Under the pieces are notes generated by a model, which ran no database searches, had not been told where the DNA came from, and saw only the letters and a program-made list of their open reading frames with translations. A stretch of 64,000 nucleotides of DNA from Nannocystales bacterium. GTDB taxonomy: Bacteria; Myxococcota_A; Polyangia; Nannocystales; Nannocystaceae. Position numbers and translations under genes: made by a program. Positions 40,486-49,037 of this stretch are shown here, piece after piece (the stretch's first letter is position 1; every line of letters begins with the position of its first letter). The stretch is from positions 64,001 to 128,000 of the forward strand of contig JBOEGF010000023.1 of the NCBI GenBank assembly GCA_050633305.1, in the 5' to 3' direction.

Positions 40486-40908
40486 ATGTCCATACGCATC
40501 CTCCTGCAGACTCCCGCCGTCGCCGTCCGAGCTCACGACGACATCGGTGTGGTGACGATGGTGCGGACCCAAGTCGAACTCCCCAGAGATCGCCCCGGGC
40601 TCGAGAAGTTCTTCGCCGAGCTCATCCACGCCTTCGACGGCCTCGACCGCTCACGTTTCGCGCTACTCGTCGATGGCCGTGCCGCAGTGGGGCGCAATGA
40701 CGCGACCTTCGAGGCGGTGCAGTCCGAATGCATGGGAAGCCTCTTCGGTGGGTATCGGAAGCTCGTCGCAGTGGTCGCCACTACCGCAGGGAGACTACAG
40801 CTCGCTCGCTACACATCATCCGCGGGCGGCGTCGACACCGAGGTCTTTGCTGACCTCGACGACGCATTCGCCTACGCGGCTTTACCCGGGACCGCAAAAC
40901 ACGGCTGA
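40486..40908 (+). CDS. Small cytoplasmic STAS/SEC14-like protein (paralog 2)
   Basis: LVDGRAAVGRNDATFE, GRLQLARY, VFADLDDAF. Confidence 0.72.
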   Translation: MSIRILLQTPAVAVRAHDDIGVVTMVRTQVELPRDRPGLEKFFAELIHAFDGLDRSRFALLVDGRAAVGRNDATFEAVQSECMGSLFGGYRKLVAVVATTAGRLQLARYTSSAGGVDTEVFADLDDAFAYAALPGTAKHG

Positions 40909-40914
40909 CCGTCG

Positions 40915-42015
40915 CTAGGCGCAAACGCCGGAAGAGCTACAGGACAAGCCATCCAGCGTGGCGCATTCGAAGTTGGACTCGCACGGGTCCCCTGCACCGC
41001 CATCCTGACAACGCTCTTCGAAGCAGATCGAAGCGTCAGCGCTGCACTGCGCTGCACTCTCACACGGGTCGCCTTCCGAGCCGTCCTGACACGTACCTTG
41101 ATGGCAACGAGAAGCCTCGGGGGAACAATCGGTGCTCGAACCACAGGCGTCCCCCTCCGACCCGTCGGAGCAGGTCCCCTCGGTACACTTCAACCCCTGA
41201 GCACAATGAATGGCGGACATGCATGCGTCCCCCTCCGCCCCGAGTTGGCACGACCCCTCGAAGCACAGAAGCTCCCCCGAACAGCCCGCCGCTTCGCAGT
41301 CTTCTGCACCGGCGCATGCTCCCGCCTCACACACCCCCGAGGCACAATCGCTCCCCAGTGTGCACTCGGTGCCGGCCTCCCCCGTCGAGCAGACGTCCTG
41401 GACACAGAAAGGACGATCGGGGTGGCAGTCCGAGGCGAAGGTGCAGCTCTCGATGGCATCGGGGTCCCACCATGCGACCGAGACATCAACGACAACGTCG
41501 CAGTCGAGGGACTCGGACCCAAGAACAGCCTCCACGCGATACCTCCAGGTCAGCTCGCCACGCCCCCCTGGCTCGAGGGTTCCTTCGACATCGTTGATGG
41601 CTTGGCCCACCGGTTCGCCAAACTCGGTCACCGTGTTGACCCCACCAAGGCGAAGCTCCCCGTCCGCATCGATGCCACCGTGCAGGACGACATCGTCTTG
41701 GACCTCGGTCTCATTGAAGAGACGAGCCTGCAGTGCCCCGTCGTTCTGGAGCAGCCACAGGCCGTCCCCCGCGAGTTCGGTGTTTTCGCAGACCCGCGCC
41801 GTGGAGCCCGAGCGGCAAGAACACGCGCGAGTCTCATATGCCGTGAACAGGTAGGCGCCGCTGGCTGCATCTCCCACAGCGTCCCCTTCGGAGATGTCGT
41901 CGACGTCTTCGGGGTCCAGAGGCTCGCTGCCACCGACGGACAGGTCATCGCCCAAGCATCCGGAAACAGCCAAACAAAGGAGCACGGAGGCGCGAATCAA
42001 GGATGTAGTGTTCAT
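40915..42015 (-). CDS. Cys-rich repeat lipoprotein (cassette 2 cargo)
   Basis: Lipobox VSGC; tandem GxEGDxC...C...C...C repeats; ATGA overlap. Confidence 0.85.
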   Translation of the reverse strand: MNTTSLIRASVLLCLAVSGCLGDDLSVGGSEPLDPEDVDDISEGDAVGDAASGAYLFTAYETRACSCRSGSTARVCENTELAGDGLWLLQNDGALQARLFNETEVQDDVVLHGGIDADGELRLGGVNTVTEFGEPVGQAINDVEGTLEPGGRGELTWRYRVEAVLGSESLDCDVVVDVSVAWWDPDAIESCTFASDCHPDRPFCVQDVCSTGEAGTECTLGSDCASGVCEAGACAGAEDCEAAGCSGELLCFEGSCQLGAEGDACMSAIHCAQGLKCTEGTCSDGSEGDACGSSTDCSPEASRCHQGTCQDGSEGDPCESAAQCSADASICFEERCQDGGAGDPCESNFECATLDGLSCSSSGVCA

Positions 42016-42725
42016 GGTCTATCCAGTTTGCAAAGGGTTCGAAGTCGGTCGCTGATCGGTGCCCGAGGCCAACGCTTCGCTCTTCGGGCAGCGAGTTTTT
42101 TCCCGGCTTCGAGGTCCCCCCGACCGCAGCGTGCGGCGGCTTCGAGGTCCATGCGGTCGGCGCTCAGCGAGCCTTTTGCGAAGGAGACCCGGTGCTTCTT
42201 CGCAAGTGCGAGTGCGTTGGAGAAACGGCCCGCCGCAACGTCTCGGCGCATCGTGTCGACGAGCGCGAGCTCTTCTGCGAGACCGGGCGGAGGCGCCGGT
42301 GGGACCGAAGCGCGAGTCCTGCGTGCAGGTTGAGGGTCGGGGGCCGGTGTCGAAGCGGGCGGAGCGGCCAAGACTGGCGCGGCCTCGACGTTGGGTGCGG
42401 GCGGCGTATCCTCCGGACTCGGGGGTACAACGACCGGAGCCTGAACCCGAGCGCGCGGTGGGTCTTGGGACGGGTTGTTCAGAGCCCACCCGCCAGCCAT
42501 CGCCGAGGTCCCGATCACGATGGCGGCCAAGACCTTGAGGAAGCCTCCCGAGCCGGCTGCCGTCGTGGCCGCTTCGGCTGCGCCTCCCGGTGGGATCGGC
42601 GGCGGCACCTGCCATGCCGCCGCGATTCCTGCCCACGCGGTATCGGGGGACTTCGGGATCGCGTCGACTTCGTCACGCTCTGCCGCGACCAACTCCGCCA
42701 AAGGTCCATCCAGTCGATCCATCAC
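42012..42725 (-). CDS. Putative anti-sigma factor (TM, Pro-rich linker, TPR-like periplasmic domain)
   Basis: Directly downstream of the ECF with a 4-nt overlap; TM FLKVLAAIVIGTSAMAGGWAL; C-terminal LAEELAL...FAKGSLSADR...ARC resembles the C-terminus of 37221-38408. Confidence 0.78.
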   Translation of the reverse strand: MMDRLDGPLAELVAAERDEVDAIPKSPDTAWAGIAAAWQVPPPIPPGGAAEAATTAAGSGGFLKVLAAIVIGTSAMAGGWALNNPSQDPPRARVQAPVVVPPSPEDTPPAPNVEAAPVLAAPPASTPAPDPQPARRTRASVPPAPPPGLAEELALVDTMRRDVAAGRFSNALALAKKHRVSFAKGSLSADRMDLEAAARCGRGDLEAGKKLAARRAKRWPRAPISDRLRTLCKLDRP

Positions 42726-43261
42726 CGTCCCCCTTCCTCTGACAACTCCCGATACGCGTCGGCGAGCTGCTTACGAGCGGCCCGAATCCGGGCGTAGATC
42801 GTGTTGACGTTGACCCCCAGCCCCGCCGAAATCTCGACGGCAGTCATGCCTTCGACGTCCGCGAGAATGAACGCCGCCCGGCGGTCCTCATCCAGCAACG
42901 CAAGCAAGCGGTGCAGCGTGTCGGCGGCGTCTCTTCGCTCGAAGGGCTCGTCGAGCACGGCAGAGGTCTGCACCACGACCGCGGCCCGGCGTTGCCGACG
43001 TCGTTCTCCCCGGCGCTCGGTATGCGCCACCCGCATGAGGATGCCGAACAACCACGTGCGAACAGCGCTTCGGCCCTCGAACGCCTCGAGCTTTCGACCG
43101 GCGACAATGAACGTCTCCTGAACGACGTCGTCCACCGCGGCGTGCGTGACCCCGAGCCGGAGCGCACTTCGATAGACGAAGTCGTAGTGCGCCTCGAAAA
43201 GCGCCCGCAAGGCGGGTGGCGGCGCCTGTGGAGACGTCGCGGTAGCAGGAGCCGAACTCAT
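42722..43261 (-). CDS. ECF sigma-70 factor (cassette 2)
   Basis: DDVVQETF, FEGRSAVRTWLFGI, ADVEGMTAVEIS...NTIYARIRAAR; ATG overlaps the upstream TGA. Confidence 0.93.
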   Translation of the reverse strand: MSSAPATATSPQAPPPALRALFEAHYDFVYRSALRLGVTHAAVDDVVQETFIVAGRKLEAFEGRSAVRTWLFGILMRVAHTERRGERRRQRRAAVVVQTSAVLDEPFERRDAADTLHRLLALLDEDRRAAFILADVEGMTAVEISAGLGVNVNTIYARIRAARKQLADAYRELSEEGGR

Positions 43262-44265
43262 GGGCTTTCGAGTCTGGGTTGCCGCACCGGGGGTGAATCC
43301 GTGTCGGCGCCGAAGAAAAAAACGATCCCCAGCGAAATCGAACCTCCTCCCCTTGGCATCCCAAACACCCGCGTGCCGTCGTCGAGCGTCACAGCGGGCC
43401 GCAGCAGAGACACGAATCCCTCGAGCGAAGCCCACACCCCAACTCGGCGACCCCACCGAACCGTGACCGCCGGACGCAGATTCGCAGTCGCCCAGCCGAC
43501 CGCTCCGCGGCGCTCCACGCTCAGGCCGTCACCCCGCCCACGCAACGCGCCTGCGTCGATCCCCGCGAGGAGCGGGAACTGGACCCGGCCGCGGCCCATT
43601 GCCCAACCCGCCGCGAGTCCGGCCCCCCATGACTGCAGCCGTACCGAGCCTCCGGAGGACACGCGGGCCGGAGACGTGAAGAGGCCTCGTCCGCGTACGT
43701 CCACGCGGAGCCCGCTCCACCCCAGCGTCCCTCCAACTTCCGCCCCTCCGAAACCCGCTGGCAGCAACCCGAACCCGCCTTGTCCGGCGAGTCGGATCTG
43801 TCCCGTGAAAGGGTGTACCGCGGTCGGGGGTGTGGGCCGAGGGACGTCCGACCCCGGCGGTCGCCTCGACGGCTCGGACTGCGGCTTCACCTCTGGCTCC
43901 GGCTCCGCTTCTGGCTCTGGTTCCGGCTCCGGCTCCGCTTCCGCTTCCACTTCCGGCTCGACAAACACCGCGACCATCGTCGCGGCCGCCTCAGCCAACA
44001 GCACACAACTCTCATCCTCGACGTCGCGGCGGTGGGTCCCCTCGTCGTCGATCACCCACAACCGAAGCGCCCACCCGCCCGTCTCAGTCTCCCGCACACG
44101 AGCGATCGCATTGAGCCTCGCTCCGTCTGCACTTCGAACCGGGGCCCCCACCCTCTCGCGGACCATCGCCTCGACAGCCTCCGCGGAAGGACACTGCGGC
44201 GGGGCGTCCCACTCGAACCCAACATCGGGCGCCAGTGCGAGCGCAGCAAGGACGAGAGTCAACAC
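43258..44265 (-). CDS. Exported protein: WxAPxxCP domain, Glu-Pro linker and probable OM beta-barrel (cassette 2)
   Basis: Signal peptide; EWDAPPQCPS; EPEPEP linker; strands ending ISLGIVFFF. Confidence 0.8.
   Translation of the reverse strand: MLTLVLAALALAPDVGFEWDAPPQCPSAEAVEAMVRERVGAPVRSADGARLNAIARVRETETGGWALRLWVIDDEGTHRRDVEDESCVLLAEAAATMVAVFVEPEVEAEAEPEPEPEPEAEPEPEVKPQSEPSRRPPGSDVPRPTPPTAVHPFTGQIRLAGQGGFGLLPAGFGGAEVGGTLGWSGLRVDVRGRGLFTSPARVSSGGSVRLQSWGAGLAAGWAMGRGRVQFPLLAGIDAGALRGRGDGLSVERRGAVGWATANLRPAVTVRWGRRVGVWASLEGFVSLLRPAVTLDDGTRVFGMPRGGGSISLGIVFFFGADTDSPPVRQPRLESP
43275..43305 (-). promoter_or_regulatory. Cassette 2 bipartite motif (putative autoregulatory ECF promoter)
   Basis: GACACGGATTCACCCCCGGTGCGGCAACCCA, ending 13 nt before ATG 43261; near-copies at 44576 and 44644. 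Confidence 0.68.
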
Positions 44266-44575
44266 GCGCGTCGAATGTACCGGGTTGGGGCCCCCATTCG
44301 CACTCGGAGGACAGTCCGTACCCGCTCGTCCCCGAGCCGGTCAGCACACTGCCGCCGCACACCCCATCCGTGTCGGGTCGGGCCCTCCATCACAACCGAC
44401 AGCCCTCCTGCCGAACAGCAGCATCCATGGAGTCCGGTGCTCCCGTCTCATGCGTTTCAAGCTTCACTCGTGTTGTCCAAGCCTGGTTTCGTACGCCCTG
44501 CGAAGCCCCGGGATTCAGAGGTTGAACCCCGGCTCGGATGCACCTCACAGACCGACCGGAGTTCCATGCGACTCC

Positions 44576-44673
44576 GTCACGAAAACGCCCCGCTGCGGCA
44601 ACTCATTCACATCGCCCCACCACACATCAGATTCTCTCGCTTCGTCACGGATTCACGCCTTCGCGGCAACTCA
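44576..44673 (+). promoter_or_regulatory. Two tandem copies of the cassette 2 motif upstream of the FG-GAP lipoprotein gene
   Basis: GTCACG-N13-GCGGCAACTCA at 44576-44605 and 44644-44673; the second shares CACGGATTCAC with the ECF-upstream copy. Confidence 0.68.
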
Positions 44674-44748
44674 ACTCGCGACGGTGTGTTGGGGCGATCG
44701 GCGCGGTCCGCTGGCGTAAACACCGGCGGATGTGGTGTCTTACGCTTC

Positions 44749-47055
44749 GTGCACTTGAAGACTTGGACTTGCGCATTGCCCCTGGGCCTCTTGGCCGCGT
44801 GCTCCGACGCCCCGGCCGAGACCACGACCGACAGCGCGACGATGGGTGTGGAGACCCTCTCCGGCACGGATTCGGGGACCGACGGTAGTTCGAGCGGGGA
44901 CCCCACGACCGGGCCCAGCACATCAGGAGCGCCCGACACCGACGACACCACGGGGTCGGCCTGCGTGGAAGACTGCGGCGATGGGACCTGCGTTGACGGC
45001 GCATGCTGCCCTGCCGAAGCAGTCTGCGACGGGGTCTGTTGCGCGGGCGACGATGTGTGTTCGTTCCAAGAGTGCGTGACGCCCGGAGCCGAGTGCGTCG
45101 ACGCCAGCGAGTGTGCCGACGATGAGTACTGCGAGTACTCGCTGGGCGAACCCGGCGACGAGGGCAAAGGCAAGTGCGGTGGAGGCGTATCCCTCGCGAC
45201 GGGCCGTTGCCTCCCCGAGCCCCCATCGTGTCCCGAGGGTGTGGTTCCCGAGGGCGACGAAATCGACTGCCTGCCCGAGTGCGAAGTCATCCCCGAGCCG
45301 AGCTTTGCCCCCGAGCTGAAATACCACTGGGATCTGGGCAACTCGATGATGGCGCCGATCATCATCCAGCTCGACGACGACAACTGCGACGACGAGGTCG
45401 ACGAGCGCGACATCCCCGAGATCGTCTTCGCCACGTTCGAAACCAACCAGTACAACGTCAACGGAACGCTCCACGCGATCTCGATCGTCGACGGGGCCAT
45501 CGTCGACAAGTGGTCCGCGAACCCGCAGGACGTCCAGATCAACCCCGGCCGCTCCATCGCCTCGGGAAACATCGACGGAATCCCCGGCAATGAGATCGTC
45601 GTGTGCCTGACCAACGGTGGTGCCCGGGCCTACCGTGCTGACGGGACCGAACTGTGGACCTCCGACTACGTCGGAGGCTGCTTCATGCCTTCGATCGCCG
45701 ACTTCAACCAGGATGGCGCACCCGAGGTCGCGTTCCAGAACGGAATCGTGGCGGGCGCGACTGGGATCACGCAGGCCACCTACGCCGGAGCCAGCGGCGC
45801 GAGCAGCATCGTCGTCAGCGACATTGATGCGGACGGCATGTTGGAGGTGGTCGCACCAGCGGCAGCGTTTGAGGCCGACGGCACGCAAATCGCCGCGACA
45901 GGGCTCGGAGGCAGCCACCCGGCCGTCGCCGACTTCGACGGTGACGGGTCGGCCGAGGTGGCGACGATCGTCACCGCCAACCACACTCTCGTGGTCTGGC
46001 GGCCCGACCCCGCAGATCCGGCCGGGGCCGACATCATTCGCCAGGACATCAACATCAACGGAGACCTGGGAGCCTGTTCGGGCGACACAGGCGGCGGACC
46101 CCCCACCATCGCCGACTTCAACGGCGACGGCGTTCCGGACGTTGGCGTCGCCGCAGGCGTCGGGTATGCGGTCTTCGACGGCGATGCCTTGCTGACGCCC
46201 GCGATCGCGGACGAGACCACGCTGCTGTGGATCACACCAGCGGTCGACTGCTCATCGCGACAAACGGGGAGCTCGGTGTTCGACTTCGACGGCAACGGCC
46301 AGGCCGAGGTTGTCTACGCGGACCAAGAGTACCTGCGCATCTACGATGGCCCCACGGGCGCCGTCCTGTTCGAAACCTGCAACACCACGGGCACCTTGTG
46401 GGAGTACCCACTGGTCGCCGACGTCGACAACGACGGCCACGCCGACATCGTCGCGATCAGCAACGACTACTCCTCGATCACGTGCCCGGATGACGGGAGC
46501 CAGCAACGTGGAGTCCGGGTGTTTGGCGACCAAGAGGGCAACTGGGTCCGGACGCGACGCATCTGGAACCAGCACGCCTACCACGTGACCAACGTCGAAG
46601 AGGACGGCACCATCCCGCCCGCCGAGGTCGCCAACTGGACCGTGCCGCGTCTCAACAACTTCCGACAGAACGTCCAGCCCGAGGGCGAGTTCTCTGCGCC
46701 CGACCTCATCGTCAGCGTGGGCCCCGACTGCAGCCCGATGGCGTACGGTGTTGTCGCCACCGTCCGCAACATCGGACGCGCAGCCGTTCCTGCCGGCGTC
46801 CCGGTGACGTTCTACGCCGGCGACCCTGCGTCGGGCGGCGTGCTGCTGGGCACGATGTCGACCACCAAAGAGCTGTACCCGGCCGAAGGCGAGGAGTTGA
46901 CGCTCATCCCCGACACCAACGCTCAAGAGCTCCGCGACGGTGTGGTTGAAGCATGGGCCGTCGTCGACGAGGGGAACCCGGTCCACACGTGGCGCGAGTG
47001 CCGTCCAGACAACAACGATGCGTCTGCACTCGTTCCTTGCAACATCTCCGGATAG
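44749..47055 (+). CDS. FG-GAP/VCBS-repeat lipoprotein with Cys-rich region and CARDB-like C-terminus
   Basis: Lipobox LAAC; repeats ADFNQDGAPEV, ADFDGDGSAEV, FDFDGNGQAEV, ADVDNDGHADIV; WNQHAYHVTN; PDL...VRNIG. Alternative in-frame GTG at 44686. Confidence 0.9.
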   Translation: MHLKTWTCALPLGLLAACSDAPAETTTDSATMGVETLSGTDSGTDGSSSGDPTTGPSTSGAPDTDDTTGSACVEDCGDGTCVDGACCPAEAVCDGVCCAGDDVCSFQECVTPGAECVDASECADDEYCEYSLGEPGDEGKGKCGGGVSLATGRCLPEPPSCPEGVVPEGDEIDCLPECEVIPEPSFAPELKYHWDLGNSMMAPIIIQLDDDNCDDEVDERDIPEIVFATFETNQYNVNGTLHAISIVDGAIVDKWSANPQDVQINPGRSIASGNIDGIPGNEIVVCLTNGGARAYRADGTELWTSDYVGGCFMPSIADFNQDGAPEVAFQNGIVAGATGITQATYAGASGASSIVVSDIDADGMLEVVAPAAAFEADGTQIAATGLGGSHPAVADFDGDGSAEVATIVTANHTLVVWRPDPADPAGADIIRQDININGDLGACSGDTGGGPPTIADFNGDGVPDVGVAAGVGYAVFDGDALLTPAIADETTLLWITPAVDCSSRQTGSSVFDFDGNGQAEVVYADQEYLRIYDGPTGAVLFETCNTTGTLWEYPLVADVDNDGHADIVAISNDYSSITCPDDGSQQRGVRVFGDQEGNWVRTRRIWNQHAYHVTNVEEDGTIPPAEVANWTVPRLNNFRQNVQPEGEFSAPDLIVSVGPDCSPMAYGVVATVRNIGRAAVPAGVPVTFYAGDPASGGVLLGTMSTTKELYPAEGEELTLIPDTNAQELRDGVVEAWAVVDEGNPVHTWRECRPDNNDASALVPCNISG

Positions 47056-47128
47056 GGCACTTCTCGTGACATAGACTGCGGTCTTCGCGGGAATGCAGGG
47101 TCACATTCGAGCGTGCTACATACCCGCG

Positions 47129-48247
47129 ATGCTGCGTCGATGCGCTCTCTTGGTCGCGCCGCTCCTGCTTTGGGCGGCGGCGTTTGCAATGTCCACCCCC
47201 GCGCAGGCCAAGGGCAGCAAGTGCTCGTACGTCGTCAAGAAGGGCGACACGATCGCTCAGATCGCTCGGCGCAAGGGTCTCACCACCGATGCGCTGCTCA
47301 AGGCCAACCCCGCGTTGCGCAAGAACCCCAAACGGCTGCGGCCCGGCCAAACCGTTCGGCTTTGCAAGGCCAAGCGCTACGCCAAGAGCTCGGGCAAGAA
47401 GTGCGGCAAGTCGGGACGGGTCATCACCCACACCATCGGCGCGGGGGAGACGCTCGGTGCGCTTGCGGCCAAGTACGACACCTCGGTCGCGGCAATTCGC
47501 CGCAGCAACAGCAAGCTCAAGAAGCGCAAGAACAGCATGATCCGCAAAGGCGAGTCCCTGCGGATCTGCTCGTCGGCGGGACCACGTGCCAAAGACAACC
47601 TCGCCGGAGGCGTTCAGCTGCCCGAGGGCGATGGCTACGTACGGCGACGGCCAGCGAACGCGTGGGGCAAGCCCGCGATCATTCATAGTCTGGTCGCCGC
47701 GATCGACCGCTACCACCAGCGCGTGGACGGGGCCGACCCAGTCCGCATCGGGGATATCAGCCGGAAGTCCGGTGGACCTCTGGGCGGGCACCTCTCGCAC
47801 CAAGGTGGCCGCGACATCGACATCGCCTACGTTTGGCAAGCAGGCAACGGAGACCAGAAGATCATCGATGTTCCTCGCTCGTGGGAACTCCTCAAGGCGT
47901 TCACCGAAGACGCCAACCTCAAGGTGATCTTCACCGACTACGAGCTCCAGGAGCAGCTCTACGAGCACGCTCTCGCGATCGGCGAGGACCCGCAGCTACT
48001 CGACGAACTCTTCGAGTACCCCAACCGCGGCAGCTCCGGCGCGGTCCTGTACCACTGGCGCGGGCACAGCCGTCACTTTCACGTCCGCTACCGTCGCGAC
48101 GCGCGCATCACCGACACCTGCGAGGAGTTGCCCGGCACGTTGGTCGTCGACCGGGAAGGTTCGTGGGCTCGTGTCCTGCCGCGCGGACCCAATGGTCCAG
48201 TGATCATCCCGGCACGCTGGTGCCACGGCGACACCCCACGCGGCTGA
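47129..48247 (+). CDS. Two LysM domains plus a MepA-like penicillin-insensitive murein endopeptidase
   Basis: YVVKKGDTIAQIA, HTIGAGETLGALA; IGDIS...GG...HLSHQGGRDIDI; HSRHFHVR. Confidence 0.9.
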   Translation: MLRRCALLVAPLLLWAAAFAMSTPAQAKGSKCSYVVKKGDTIAQIARRKGLTTDALLKANPALRKNPKRLRPGQTVRLCKAKRYAKSSGKKCGKSGRVITHTIGAGETLGALAAKYDTSVAAIRRSNSKLKKRKNSMIRKGESLRICSSAGPRAKDNLAGGVQLPEGDGYVRRRPANAWGKPAIIHSLVAAIDRYHQRVDGADPVRIGDISRKSGGPLGGHLSHQGGRDIDIAYVWQAGNGDQKIIDVPRSWELLKAFTEDANLKVIFTDYELQEQLYEHALAIGEDPQLLDELFEYPNRGSSGAVLYHWRGHSRHFHVRYRRDARITDTCEELPGTLVVDREGSWARVLPRGPNGPVIIPARWCHGDTPRG

Positions 48248-48258
48248 CCGAGACGGCT

Positions 48259-48822
48259 TCAACGTCCGAAGGTGACCTCGACATCCAGAGAGTCGTGGGT
48301 GTGGCGTAGAGCCTCAATCCGACACGACATGCCCCCACAGATCCGAGTGATCCCCCGGATCGAGCCCGTGGTCAGCAGACGGTAGACCGGCGCATCGAAG
48401 TAGGGAAACCGTGTGTAGTAGACGCGGGCTCTCACCGCATCACGGTCCACCTCGACCTTCCCTGCGCCGCGCCGCATGCGGTCCCATAGGACGGGGATCT
48501 TTCCGACGACAAACCCGGGCGTCGAGAGTTGCAGCAGGACGCGGAAGAACCGGCTCACCCCGTGGATGGTGACCGCCTCCATGAGTTCCTCGAAGCGAGC
48601 GTCACTTCCACCCGCGGTCACGCGGTGCACACCGTCGAGCACGACGGCGAGGGCGTCCTCGGGGTACCAGGCCGACACGAGCGGGTCCGCAAGGGCTGCC
48701 TGCGCAGCGGCGGGCAGCGATTCGAGGAGCTCGGGCAAAGCTCCTCGGTGCCCCTCCTGCTCCAGGTATCCGCGCAGGGACGCGAACCAGATTCCCTTCA
48801 CCTCGCTCGTCGGGCTGGTCAT
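48259..48822 (-). CDS. Myxobacterial hypothetical protein (DUF2378/V4R-like)
   Basis: VKG...LVSAWYP motif and a helical/beta C-terminus typical of this family. Confidence 0.62.
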   Translation of the reverse strand: MTSPTSEVKGIWFASLRGYLEQEGHRGALPELLESLPAAAQAALADPLVSAWYPEDALAVVLDGVHRVTAGGSDARFEELMEAVTIHGVSRFFRVLLQLSTPGFVVGKIPVLWDRMRRGAGKVEVDRDAVRARVYYTRFPYFDAPVYRLLTTGSIRGITRICGGMSCRIEALRHTHDSLDVEVTFGR

Positions 48823-49037
48823 GGTCGGGCGCGAACCACGTCAGTGTACATCAGCCAACACACGGCCAGACAGCGTCGGTCGTCACGACCCGGTGCCCGC
48901 AAAGCAACCCCAGAGAACAGCGTCCATCCACCCTTGGACCACCGCTATCCAGCAGTCGTCGCGGCCGACCCATCAACGAGCAGTCAGACCGGTACGGGGG
49001 GACAGCAGCCCACAGCGCGGGTGCTATTGTCTCGGGC

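Noticed and set aside
42016..42065. Cassette 2 motif upstream of the 40915-42015 lipoprotein (CACCGAT...CGAACCC)
   Set aside because: Only a weak match with shifted spacing; not distinguishable from chance, and the gene is translationally coupled anyway.
4610..44719. Long antisense or alternative-frame ORFs (e.g. 4610-6160, 17414-19069, 29292-30971, 33397-34884, 42911-44719)
   Set aside because: Shadows of well-supported genes in high-GC DNA; no motifs, and Arg/Pro/Val-biased translations.
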